Shown here piece by piece: positions 29,887-37,346 of a stretch of DNA of 38,420 nt (position 1 is its first letter; each line of letters begins with the position of its first letter). The translations under genes and the position numbers were made by a program. The stretch covers positions 1-38,420 of IMG/VR virus record IMGVR_UViG_3300005326_000088. One strand, written 5' to 3'. Source of the DNA: a virus. Taxonomy: Duplodnaviria; Caudoviricetes. The notes below the pieces were generated by a model. It worked only from the letters and a program-made list of their open reading frames with translations. It did not search any database and had not been told where the DNA came from.

Positions 29887-31280
29887 TAGTTTGTCCTCCG
29901 AACTTTCTTTGTCAGCTTTTCTAGGTTTTTTTGCACTCGATATTCTGCCGAATCAACAGGTAAGTTGCTTGTTATCTGTTCTTTACCGCTACGAGGTCTG
30001 CCCGCTGTGTAATACATGATTGCAGTCACGGAATGGGTTGGCTCATGCGGTTGGTCTGCAAAAACATTTGGGTCTTTTTCGTCGCATTGGATTGATGAAA
30101 TACTGTTAATTACATTGACGCACGTTGAGAAGAACATTAGAGGAGAAGTCATAACGTGTTGTTCATCCTCATAAGGCTTTAGCCATTCGCCCATGCACAT
30201 GCAGCCGTCAATTTTTCGGTTTGATACTTTGATAAACGGAATTCCGTAGCTTCTTAAAACGTCAAGTGTACTTTCGCCTGTTTGGCTGTTTTTGTTATCA
30301 AGGTCAACAGGAGCAAACCACTGATAAATGTTTTCTTGCCGTCCGTCTTCGTCCACGTTGTATTCCAAAAGCATTTTTGCTGCGTCCGAAGCATAAAGCC
30401 CTGATTTGTGTATTTCTCTGTAGCAATACGCCTTGTTGTGCCAGTCAACCGCTATCCAGTAAGCCGCCAACATATCTTTGCCATAATCAATCGTGACATA
30501 TCTGCGCCAATCCCTTTGAATAGGAAACGGCTTGCAAACGTGTATATCTTTGCGGAAGTCGTTGAAAAACGCACCGCCGGGTATGCCGTATTCGCCTAAG
30601 CCAACAACCAAATATCGTTCGGGGTCTCTTTCTTTTAGGCTTTCTATCAACGCTCTATCGGCATCGTCAAGCCATTCGTTGCAGCGGTATGTAGTGGTAA
30701 GCGTGTAAGCGTTAGGGTCTTGATTGTCAAAAAACCTTTTCTTTGTCCAGTGCGAGTTGACCCAAGGGTTAAAGGTCAGCGTGATTTGTTTCCATAACCC
30801 CTCTGGCACCTCACCACGGATTGATTCGTCTAGCGTCTGAAAGTCTGCTTCATCGTCTAATTCGTAGGCTTCTTCAAGCCACACCCAGCACAAAACGCCT
30901 TTATCAACCGTGATTGACGTGAGCTTTAGAACATCGTCAAAACCTCTAAACAAAATCTTTTGCTTTGTTGGCTTGTATATCGCTTCGAGCGGGTTTTCTT
31001 TGAATTGCCAAAATTTAGATACCCCAAGCCGCTCAGTCGCCCACTTGAGAGCCGCAAAAGTCGAATCGTGATGTGTGTTGTAGGTTTTTCTGACGCACAA
31101 AGCGTTTGCCTGCGGATATTGCATGATGTTGTATATAAACCACAATGCGGTTGTCGTTGATTTCTTAGAAGCACGACCACCCTTTAGAACGCGGTAACGA
31201 TGCTTGTCATTCCAAAAAGATTTGTAACCGCGTCCCACAACGTCAGCAAGTGGTTTTTTGTTTGCAGTTTGTGTTGCCAT
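29880..31280 (-). CDS. terL: Terminase large subunit, PBSX family
   Basis: GGRASKKS, WLEEA, LTFNP, nuclease TIDYG. Confidence 0.95.
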   Translation of the reverse strand: MATQTANKKPLADVVGRGYKSFWNDKHRYRVLKGGRASKKSTTTALWFIYNIMQYPQANALCVRKTYNTHHDSTFAALKWATERLGVSKFWQFKENPLEAIYKPTKQKILFRGFDDVLKLTSITVDKGVLCWVWLEEAYELDDEADFQTLDESIRGEVPEGLWKQITLTFNPWVNSHWTKKRFFDNQDPNAYTLTTTYRCNEWLDDADRALIESLKERDPERYLVVGLGEYGIPGGAFFNDFRKDIHVCKPFPIQRDWRRYVTIDYGKDMLAAYWIAVDWHNKAYCYREIHKSGLYASDAAKMLLEYNVDEDGRQENIYQWFAPVDLDNKNSQTGESTLDVLRSYGIPFIKVSNRKIDGCMCMGEWLKPYEDEQHVMTSPLMFFSTCVNVINSISSIQCDEKDPNVFADQPHEPTHSVTAIMYYTAGRPRSGKEQITSNLPVDSAEYRVQKNLEKLTKKVRRTNYW

Positions 31281-31289
31281 AACCCACCT

Positions 31290-32126
31290 TTAATTTCGGA
31301 AGTAACAGGAATCCATCGGTACAAAATCAGCTTTTCCGCTGTTGTAAACAATGCCACAACCGAGAATTGGTCTGCGGGGCATTGCTTTGCCGTATGCGAA
31401 CGAATAGGCTTGTACATCAATTCCGCAACCAACCGATAAACCGAACCGAATATTTCGTGGATTGACTATGTATTTGCATCCGGCGAAAGAGTGTGCGTGT
31501 CCAATTACAACGCTCATGCACTCTGTTTTTGTGGCATTAACCGCCCCGTTTTCGCCACCGCAATTTACGCCGTGTTTGTACAAAACATCGTCAATGATGA
31601 ATTCGTCGCTTATCTCCCACGCTTTGGGAAGATTGAAAACCTCTGAGAATGATTTTAAAAAGCGTTCGCCAATTCCAACAGTTGCGGCTTGTCTTAGCGG
31701 TATTGTGTCGTGATTTCCTTGACACATTTTCGCTTTGGGGAAAGCCTTGACGACCAGCTCGACTTGTTCAAGCGCCCTATCAAGCTCTGCGTATGCTCCC
31801 ATAGCGCACGGCTCTGTGGGGTGCCTACTTAGTGCGTGGTTATCAACTAAATCGCCTATGCAAACAATCTGACCAACTCCGTGAGCTTTGAATGTATCGA
31901 TGCAGAATTGTAAGTAGTTCGGATGATTAAACGGAGCGTGTAAGTCGCCTATAACGCCTATTGGTTTTTCAGCCATACTCTTTTTGCTCCTTGTTGCGCT
32001 ATGCGCCATATCCCACAATTGCCGTTCTGTTTTATCGGGGTATTTCGGCGCAAGCTGTTCTGCTATTTCGTAGAGCGATAACCCTTGTTCGCGGAGTTGT
32101 TTGATTTCGTCTTTGCAATCAATAAT
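31290..32126 (-). CDS. Calcineurin-like metallophosphoesterase with N-terminal HTH-like segment
   Basis: GDLH, GDLVD, GNHD, HG, GHAH; frame open upstream to ATT 32126 (IIDCKDEIKQLREQGLSLYEIAEQL). Confidence 0.85.
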   Translation of the reverse strand: MIDCKDEIKQLREQGLSLYEIAEQLAPKYPDKTERQLWDMAHSATRSKKSMAEKPIGVIGDLHAPFNHPNYLQFCIDTFKAHGVGQIVCIGDLVDNHALSRHPTEPCAMGAYAELDRALEQVELVVKAFPKAKMCQGNHDTIPLRQAATVGIGERFLKSFSEVFNLPKAWEISDEFIIDDVLYKHGVNCGGENGAVNATKTECMSVVIGHAHSFAGCKYIVNPRNIRFGLSVGCGIDVQAYSFAYGKAMPRRPILGCGIVYNSGKADFVPMDSCYFRN

Positions 32127-32299
32127 TACCGCACCTCAAATCTCGTCTTTAATCTATCATCAAGCTCTATCGGAACGCCGCCAATGTTTTCGGTTTCTAA
32201 TTTCAAATAAAGCTCTGTGCAAACATACACAAACTCCGGCTCTACATCGTTGCGTCTCATTCGGCGTATTTGTTCTCTGATGAGGTCTGTTTCTTTCAT
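32126..32299 (-). CDS. Small hypothetical protein
   Basis: MKETDLIREQ...; start coupled to a 5-codon uORF (32313-32296) that has the AGGAGG RBS. Confidence 0.55.
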   Translation of the reverse strand: MKETDLIREQIRRMRRNDVEPEFVYVCTELYLKLETENIGGVPIELDDRLKTRFEVR

Positions 32300-32335
32300 A
32301 AGGCAGTACCCATTGTGTTGCCCTCCTAAAGGCAA

Positions 32336-32374
32336 AGAAAAAAAGAGGTTAAAGCATTTCTGCTCTAACCCCTG
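32336..32374 (-). terminator. Intrinsic terminator upstream of packaging genes
   Basis: AGGGGTTAGAGC-AGAAAT-GCTTTAACCTCT-TTTTT. Confidence 0.75.
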
Positions 32375-32388
32375 TTGGTTGTTTCCGA

Positions 32389-32529
32389 TTACCCTGTTGT
32401 AACCGTCTTATATGCGGTTTTCCTATGTATCTCGACCACTACAATGTTGCCGTGAACGAGTTTGATTTCTGCGTCATTGCCACGCTTTATGATTGTTTCG
32501 ATTGCGGAGATTGATTTTGCGTCGAGCAA
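32389..32529 (-). CDS. 46-aa small protein (not in ORF track)
   Basis: AAAAGGAG RBS, TTG; MLDAKSISAIETIIKRGNDAEIKLVHGNIVVVEIHRKTAYKTVTTG*. Confidence 0.7.
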   Translation of the reverse strand: MLDAKSISAIETIIKRGNDAEIKLVHGNIVVVEIHRKTAYKTVTTG

Positions 32530-32801
32530 GTGGAATCAGCTCCTTTTGTCCGCCCCCATGCCGTAATAACTATTGCTACTACGGCACAGAAAGGAGGTAT
32601 ATTATGAATTGGGAAGTGTTATATTTGGTCGGCTTGTAGATTAATTGTCTCGCATCAAAAGCGTGTTGGTTTAGATATTGCTGCTTTAAGCATCCGCCCA
32701 TATCGGACCAGTGCATAATTGACGCGGTTTTCAGCTACCATTATCATTCTGGTTGAGGTAAACCGATATACTCTCAAATCGTTCGGGAGCTACCCGACAA
32801 C

Positions 32802-32875
32802 TGGCACAGGATAATGGACTCGAACCACTATGAACGGTTTTGGAGACCGTCATGCTACCATTACATCAATCCCAT
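32802..32875 (-). tRNA. tRNA-Trp(CCA)
   Basis: ATGGGAT/ATCCTGT acceptor stem, ACGGT-CTCCAAA-ACCGT anticodon arm, GGTTCGAGTCC T arm, encoded CCA. Confidence 0.92.
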
Positions 32876-32910
32876 ATATTGTGCGCTGTTTGAGGTACAA
32901 CGCAACCTTT

Positions 32911-32991
32911 GCTATGCGTTGAGGGCGGTGTATCCTCAATCTCAGGTACTCTTTCGAGTGTGTCGGGAACCATTTCCGACCTCCGCATAGC
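32911..32991 (-). ncRNA. Multibranch structured RNA, family unknown
   Basis: Closing stem GCTATGCG/CGCATAGC enclosing three hairpins, one ACTC-GAAA-GAGT. Confidence 0.6.
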
Positions 32992-33035
32992 TTAATCAAT
33001 ATATGAGCTTTACGCTCTGCCTGCGAAAGGCTTGA

Positions 33036-33332
33036 TTATGTTTTGTCTACAATTCCGTTTTCGTCGTAAATGTCAAACATTTCGCCGCAGTATTCGAATG
33101 TGGTTTGACGAAGTTTTTCAATTGTTCTTAACGTTTTGCAAGTATAAACCCGCATGCCTTGATATTTTCCACTCATTCCAGTGAATATCCCTCGGTAGAA
33201 TCTTGAAAAATCGTGATGTTTAAATATTGCCATATCATCCGTTATAAATTTTCGTTCTGGAATAACAGTTCCGTCTGTTTTGCTGATAGGTTCAATAGTA
33301 AATTCATAAGGTTTTTTTCTTAAATAATACAT
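33036..33332 (-). CDS. Hypothetical protein
   Basis: 98-aa ORF in late orientation. Confidence 0.65.
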   Translation of the reverse strand: MYYLRKKPYEFTIEPISKTDGTVIPERKFITDDMAIFKHHDFSRFYRGIFTGMSGKYQGMRVYTCKTLRTIEKLRQTTFEYCGEMFDIYDENGIVDKT

Positions 33333-33428
33333 TGTCGATTTTCTTTCAATCGTTGCGGAGTTAAACCGCGTTATTTAATTTTGTTTATGCCCAATCATCC
33401 TCTAAGGCTTTACGCTTTTTGTTTGGCA

Positions 33429-33665
33429 TTATATGTTTTCTCCTTGTATTAAATAAAAATCATTGCCAAGCTTGTCGGGGTCGTAATTCCATATTGGAAA
33501 ATGCGTGTTTCCATCATCGTGCTTTATTTCGGTGTCTCCGTATGGCACAATTTTGATTTCATCAGCGGTTTCAAACTCTAAATCTCGACCATCAGCTACA
33601 ACCGCCTTGATTTCTTTTTCTTGGTCAAGAGTGTTAAGCAACGCGATTAGCTCTTTGACTTTCAT
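33429..33665 (-). CDS. Hypothetical protein
   Basis: MKVKELIALL start common in phage hypotheticals. Confidence 0.7.
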   Translation of the reverse strand: MKVKELIALLNTLDQEKEIKAVVADGRDLEFETADEIKIVPYGDTEIKHDDGNTHFPIWNYDPDKLGNDFYLIQGENI

Positions 33666-33867
33666 AATAATTTTCCTTTATCGTGTTAAAGTGGCGATAT
33701 GAGAGGGAGTATGTAAATTCAAATACCCTTAGGAGTCCCACCGCTCCGCATCCGAGACCCACCCCCCAGGGGTAGTACGTGGAGAGTGTATGCCATGCGT
33801 ACTCCCTGTGTATTGTAGCGACCAGACATATGTTGTTGTGTGTGGTGGAGGATAGGCACACGACACA

Positions 33868-33998
33868 TGTAAACATAGAGTACACTCTAACTTTACATCA
33901 ACATCATGCCAATAACGTGTAAATATAGAGTTGTTTTATCAATTGTTTTACACTTTGTAAAGAAAGTTCTTGACTTATGCTTTACGTTATGCTATCCT
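33868..33998 (+). promoter_or_regulatory. res site (three inverted-repeat subsites) overlapping the resolvase promoter
   Basis: TGTAAA...TTTACA pairs at 33868-33897, 33917-33953, 33956-33986; TTGACT(33970)-17-TATCCT(33993). Confidence 0.75.
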
Positions 33999-34021
33999 TT
34001 AAATGAAAGGAAGTGTTATTA

Positions 34022-34573
34022 ATGAACATTGCATATGTCAGAGTATCAACGGTTGAGCAGAACGAAGCAAGGCAGCTTGAAGCGTTAGAGAAACACAATA
34101 TTGATAAGTGGTTCACCGAGAAAGTCAGTGCGAAAGACACCAAGCGTCCAGAGCTGCAAGCAATGCTTGAGTTTGCAAGAGAGGGAGATACAATATATAT
34201 ACATGATTTCAGCCGTCTAGCTCGTTCCACAAGCGATTTGTTAAAGCTCGTTGAGCAACTGTCCGTAAAAGGGGTACATCTTGTCAGCAACAAGGAAAAC
34301 ATTGATACCAGTACACCAACCGGAAAACTCATGTTAACGATGATAGGCGCAATCAATGAATTTGAACGTGCCAATTTGCTTGAACGTCAGCGTGAGGGCA
34401 TTGCCATTGCAAAGCGTGACGGAAAGTACAAAGGGCGGAAAGCCGTCAGTGTTGCAGACTTTGCGGAACATTACAAGCGATACATGAACCGCGAGATATC
34501 CAAAGCTCAACTCGCAAAGGAATTGAATGTATCAAGACCAACACTAGATAAACTAATTAGTGGCTGCGAATAG
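34022..34573 (+). CDS. Small serine recombinase (resolvase/invertase family)
   Basis: AYVRVST..QN..RQ, SRLARS, EFER..ERQREGI, C-terminal HTH. Confidence 0.95.
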   Translation: MNIAYVRVSTVEQNEARQLEALEKHNIDKWFTEKVSAKDTKRPELQAMLEFAREGDTIYIHDFSRLARSTSDLLKLVEQLSVKGVHLVSNKENIDTSTPTGKLMLTMIGAINEFERANLLERQREGIAIAKRDGKYKGRKAVSVADFAEHYKRYMNREISKAQLAKELNVSRPTLDKLISGCE

Positions 34574-34583
34574 CGGTCACTTT

Positions 34584-34964
34584 TTAATCCTCTAAATTAT
34601 TGACAAATGTGACCGGGGCAATGTCCATTGACACTTCCTGTTTATCGGAATACCGGACACCAACCATACGTTCTGCATCATTGGTTATAACCAGCTTTGC
34701 GCCGTGAAAGCCGTCTTTATCGTAAAGTCTGCCGAAGTTGTAGTCAAGGCACATATGCCGCGCGCGATTTATTATCGGGAAATAATTATCCATTTGACTG
34801 TAATTGCTCAATGTTTTTAAGTCCACATTTAAAGCCAAAGCAAGAGCGGTCATTCTTTTGGGTTCTCCGCTAGCGTCACAATCTGCGAAGTATTTATCAA
34901 TTCCAGCCTGGAGGTCATCAGCGTTATCATATTTTAGAGTACCAAACGGTCTTCCTGCTCCCAT
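34584..34964 (-). CDS. terS: Terminase small subunit (P22 gp3-like)
   Basis: GRP..KY..L...IDKYF..C...LAL-x-L...TL-x-NY; GGAGGTG RBS. Confidence 0.8.
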   Translation of the reverse strand: MGAGRPFGTLKYDNADDLQAGIDKYFADCDASGEPKRMTALALALNVDLKTLSNYSQMDNYFPIINRARHMCLDYNFGRLYDKDGFHGAKLVITNDAERMVGVRYSDKQEVSMDIAPVTFVNNLED

Positions 34965-35016
34965 ATATCTTGACACCTCCACAAATTCATGTTATCATTA
35001 GTGTTTTGCTATTTGT

Positions 35017-35045
35017 ATTATACCATATGTAGTAGACAAGTTCAA
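35017..35045 (-). promoter_or_regulatory. Sigma-A promoter upstream of terS
   Basis: TTGAAC-17-TATAAT with extended TG. Confidence 0.7.
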
Positions 35046-35419
35046 TAGTTTTAGATTGAATAATTTGTTTTGTGCCAGGATGAATAAGTTTTGCCAATAG
35101 AATATGCAATGTATAATTCACAATTCATTATAAGGCTCTACAATGCGCTCTAAGCAACATCACATGTTTGGGTATGAACTTATACCACCATATACCGTAA
35201 ATTCTCACACAAGCGAAACAAACGGGGTCAAACATGATGATGTGCTGTGTGCTTATACACATGTGCGAAATCAGGCGGGGAATATACATAGTTGCCATTG
35301 TTGTTCAAAGGTGAGTGTATCGATGCAATGTTCGTCACAGCACGTTTCCTCGTTCTCCGCGTCCCTTTTAGCTTGACGTGGCATTGCGTCAGCAAAATGC
35401 CAAACGTCAAAAGATAAAA

Positions 35420-35760
35420 GATAATTATCATTAACATTATCATTATCTTTTACATTGGGGTTATCCGTGGGGTTATGGAGTGGTTTACATAATAACTATT
35501 TTGCAACCTTGATAATTATGCAAATAATCCTTTGTTATCAATGGTTACAGCGATTACGCATAAATATTATGTCAACCAATTTCAAAGATAACCGGTTATC
35601 TCGCTATTTTATGGGGAAAAAGATAACTCCTATAGTGCATTTGGAAAGCTGATATATCTCTCAATTGGCATCCCATCATATCAATATGAAGCACTTCAAC
35701 ACACAATCATTTGACCACCTAAAATCCTGCAATAAATATAATTCTGCAAGTTATCTTGCA
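35420..35760. other. Candidate replication origin (iteron-like GATAAC repeats)
   Basis: Similarity to the initiator linker at 10467-10523; palindrome AGATAACCGGTTATCT at 35586-35601. Confidence 0.5.
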
Positions 35761-35787
35761 TTATTGGCAATAAAATAAGCCCTCCGA

Positions 35788-35979
35788 TTATGGAGAGCTT
35801 TTATTATCATCTATTAAATTGTCCAACGCTTGACGAAGAACTGCGTTTATATTTGTTCCCTTATCGGCAGCGGCTTTCTTATATAGTTCCGCATCGGCTT
35901 TCTTGACCTTGCAGCCAAGCACACACATATTATTAGAATCCCATTTATTATTAGACTTTCGTTTTGCTTCCGATACCAT
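35788..35979 (-). CDS. Ribbon-helix-helix-type regulator
   Basis: SEAKRKSNNKWD...KKAAADKGTNINAVLRQAL. Confidence 0.75.
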   Translation of the reverse strand: MVSEAKRKSNNKWDSNNMCVLGCKVKKADAELYKKAAADKGTNINAVLRQALDNLIDDNKSSP

Positions 35980-36016
35980 ATCATCACCACCATATATTAT
36001 AGTGTATCACAGCTTA

Positions 36017-36108
36017 ACACGGTTGTACAGTGTAAGCATTGCACAAAATACACGGTTAAACTTTATTTGCTTTGACATATTGACGGCACGGTTAAACAGT
36101 GTTATGAT
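36017..36108. promoter_or_regulatory. Divergent promoter region with three operator repeats
   Basis: ACACGGTTGTACAGTGT (36017), ACACGGTTAAAC (36050), GCACGGTTAAACAGTGT (36086); the last fills the spacer of TTGACG-17-TATGAT. Confidence 0.75.
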
Positions 36109-36152
36109 AAGACTATGAACAACACAACAACAAAATTTAGGAGGACTTGAAA

Positions 36153-36455
36153 ATGATTCATTGGCTTGAAATCGGCGGCATTAGAATAGGTATGAAAGAC
36201 GAAGATAAACAATGGAATTATTTGAAAAAATATCTGTCCGAATATCCCGAAAGCAAAGCAACGGTTTATTTTAAAGATAGCGACTTATTCGCAAGGGTTG
36301 TAAAGCTTGAATGCAAACAAAATTACAGAGATTTAGATTTACATTGTAACTCTTGTTCAAATAGTAGCATAAAGCATTTGAACCACAAACCGCAAAATAT
36401 TGAACTGTGTAAAAATCAGCTTGATTATTTTCTCAATAGAGAACGCGTAAGTTAA
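36153..36455 (+). CDS. Hypothetical protein
   Basis: AGGAGG RBS; first gene after the promoter. Confidence 0.7.
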   Translation: MIHWLEIGGIRIGMKDEDKQWNYLKKYLSEYPESKATVYFKDSDLFARVVKLECKQNYRDLDLHCNSCSNSSIKHLNHKPQNIELCKNQLDYFLNRERVS

Positions 36456-36487
36456 TAGCCGAATCACAAATCAAACAAAACAGGAGG

Positions 36488-36973
36488 ATGAATATTGTGA
36501 CAGAACTTAGCAAAGAACTTATAAATATAGCAGACTTTAACAGCGCGGTGGGCATGGGCGCAATAATCAACCGTCAATATGTCGCCAACTGTGAGAGGGT
36601 AAACGGCTACGATATAACCGCCGAAGAAAAAGAAACTGCATTGAATACGCTTTACGAGCTATCAACCGCAGAACTGACATTATACAAAACATCCTACGCG
36701 CCAATCTCTACAACAGGCCCCGCGAGATACAATGTCAAAAAGGGACTTGACGCACTGGACAAAAAATCCTCCGCAGAGCAGAAAACAAGAGATTTTATGG
36801 CAACGCTTGAAAAGGCGCAACAGTCCAAAAACAGAGCTTCTGCAATGCAAAGACTTGTTTCGGCGTTCCACGAAGCGTTAGCAAGTAAGCAGAAAGAATT
36901 TGTGTGTGATGGCGTTGAATACGTCGTCAGAGGTCGCACAAAGTTTATTGAGAAAAAATACGTTGTCGCATAA
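36488..36973 (+). CDS. Hypothetical protein
   Basis: RBS present (real start probably GTG 36497); ISTTGPARYN resembles the ITGPANFP motif of plasmid/phage polyvalent proteins. Confidence 0.7.
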   Translation: MNIVTELSKELINIADFNSAVGMGAIINRQYVANCERVNGYDITAEEKETALNTLYELSTAELTLYKTSYAPISTTGPARYNVKKGLDALDKKSSAEQKTRDFMATLEKAQQSKNRASAMQRLVSAFHEALASKQKEFVCDGVEYVVRGRTKFIEKKYVVA

Positions 36974-37037
36974 CACGCACAAGCTGACCTATCGGCTTTA
37001 CAAAAACGGGGAACAACAATTTAGGAGGATATGAAAA

Positions 37038-37271
37038 ATGACAAATCAAGAAATAATGACGCTCAATCTAAAAAGAATCAATGTGTGTGATATTAGATTG
37101 GCACTAACTGGGGTTATCTGCGATATGAGACAAGAATTGATTAATGACAAGACAAGCGAATATAGAAAAACAGTTGTATTACCGAAGTCTATTAAGAAGT
37201 GGGAAACGCTCAGAGAGGAAATCATAAAACAGTTTGACGAACAGGACAATTTGGAATCTGAACCCGTCTGA
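37038..37271 (+). CDS. Hypothetical protein
   Basis: AGGAGG RBS; stop codon lies inside the hammerhead core. Confidence 0.7.
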   Translation: MTNQEIMTLNLKRINVCDIRLALTGVICDMRQELINDKTSEYRKTVVLPKSIKKWETLREEIIKQFDEQDNLESEPV

Positions 37272-37323
37272 TGATGACTTGCCGGTAACAGGTCGAAACG
37301 CCTCAGGGCGTCACGGGAAACCG
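37263..37323 (+). ncRNA. Hammerhead ribozyme, type I topology
   Basis: Stem I CCCGT/ACGGG, CTGATGA, stem II GACTTG/CAGGTC, GAAA, stem III CGCC/GGCG, GUC cleavage triplet ending 37312. Confidence 0.85.
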
Positions 37324-37346
37324 AATAACAGGAGGAATGAAAGAAT

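Noticed and set aside
14519-31713. Many 60-190 aa opposite-strand or alternate-frame ORFs in the track
   Set aside because: Shadows of well-supported structural genes; no RBS or recognisable motifs
32771-32801. Theta (HDV-like) ribozyme or preQ1 riboswitch after the tRNA
   Set aside because: Could not build the nested double pseudoknot or find the preQ1 A-rich tail; left as an unknown unit
34022-34573. Tail-fibre invertase (Gin/Cin-type) system
   Set aside because: About 12 kb from the tailspike, no inverted alternative cassette, and the adjacent site looks like a three-subsite res
35228-35443. 71-aa hydrophobic ORF starting MIMLMIIIF
   Set aside because: Alternative-frame reading of the GATAAT/GTTAAT repeats; no RBS
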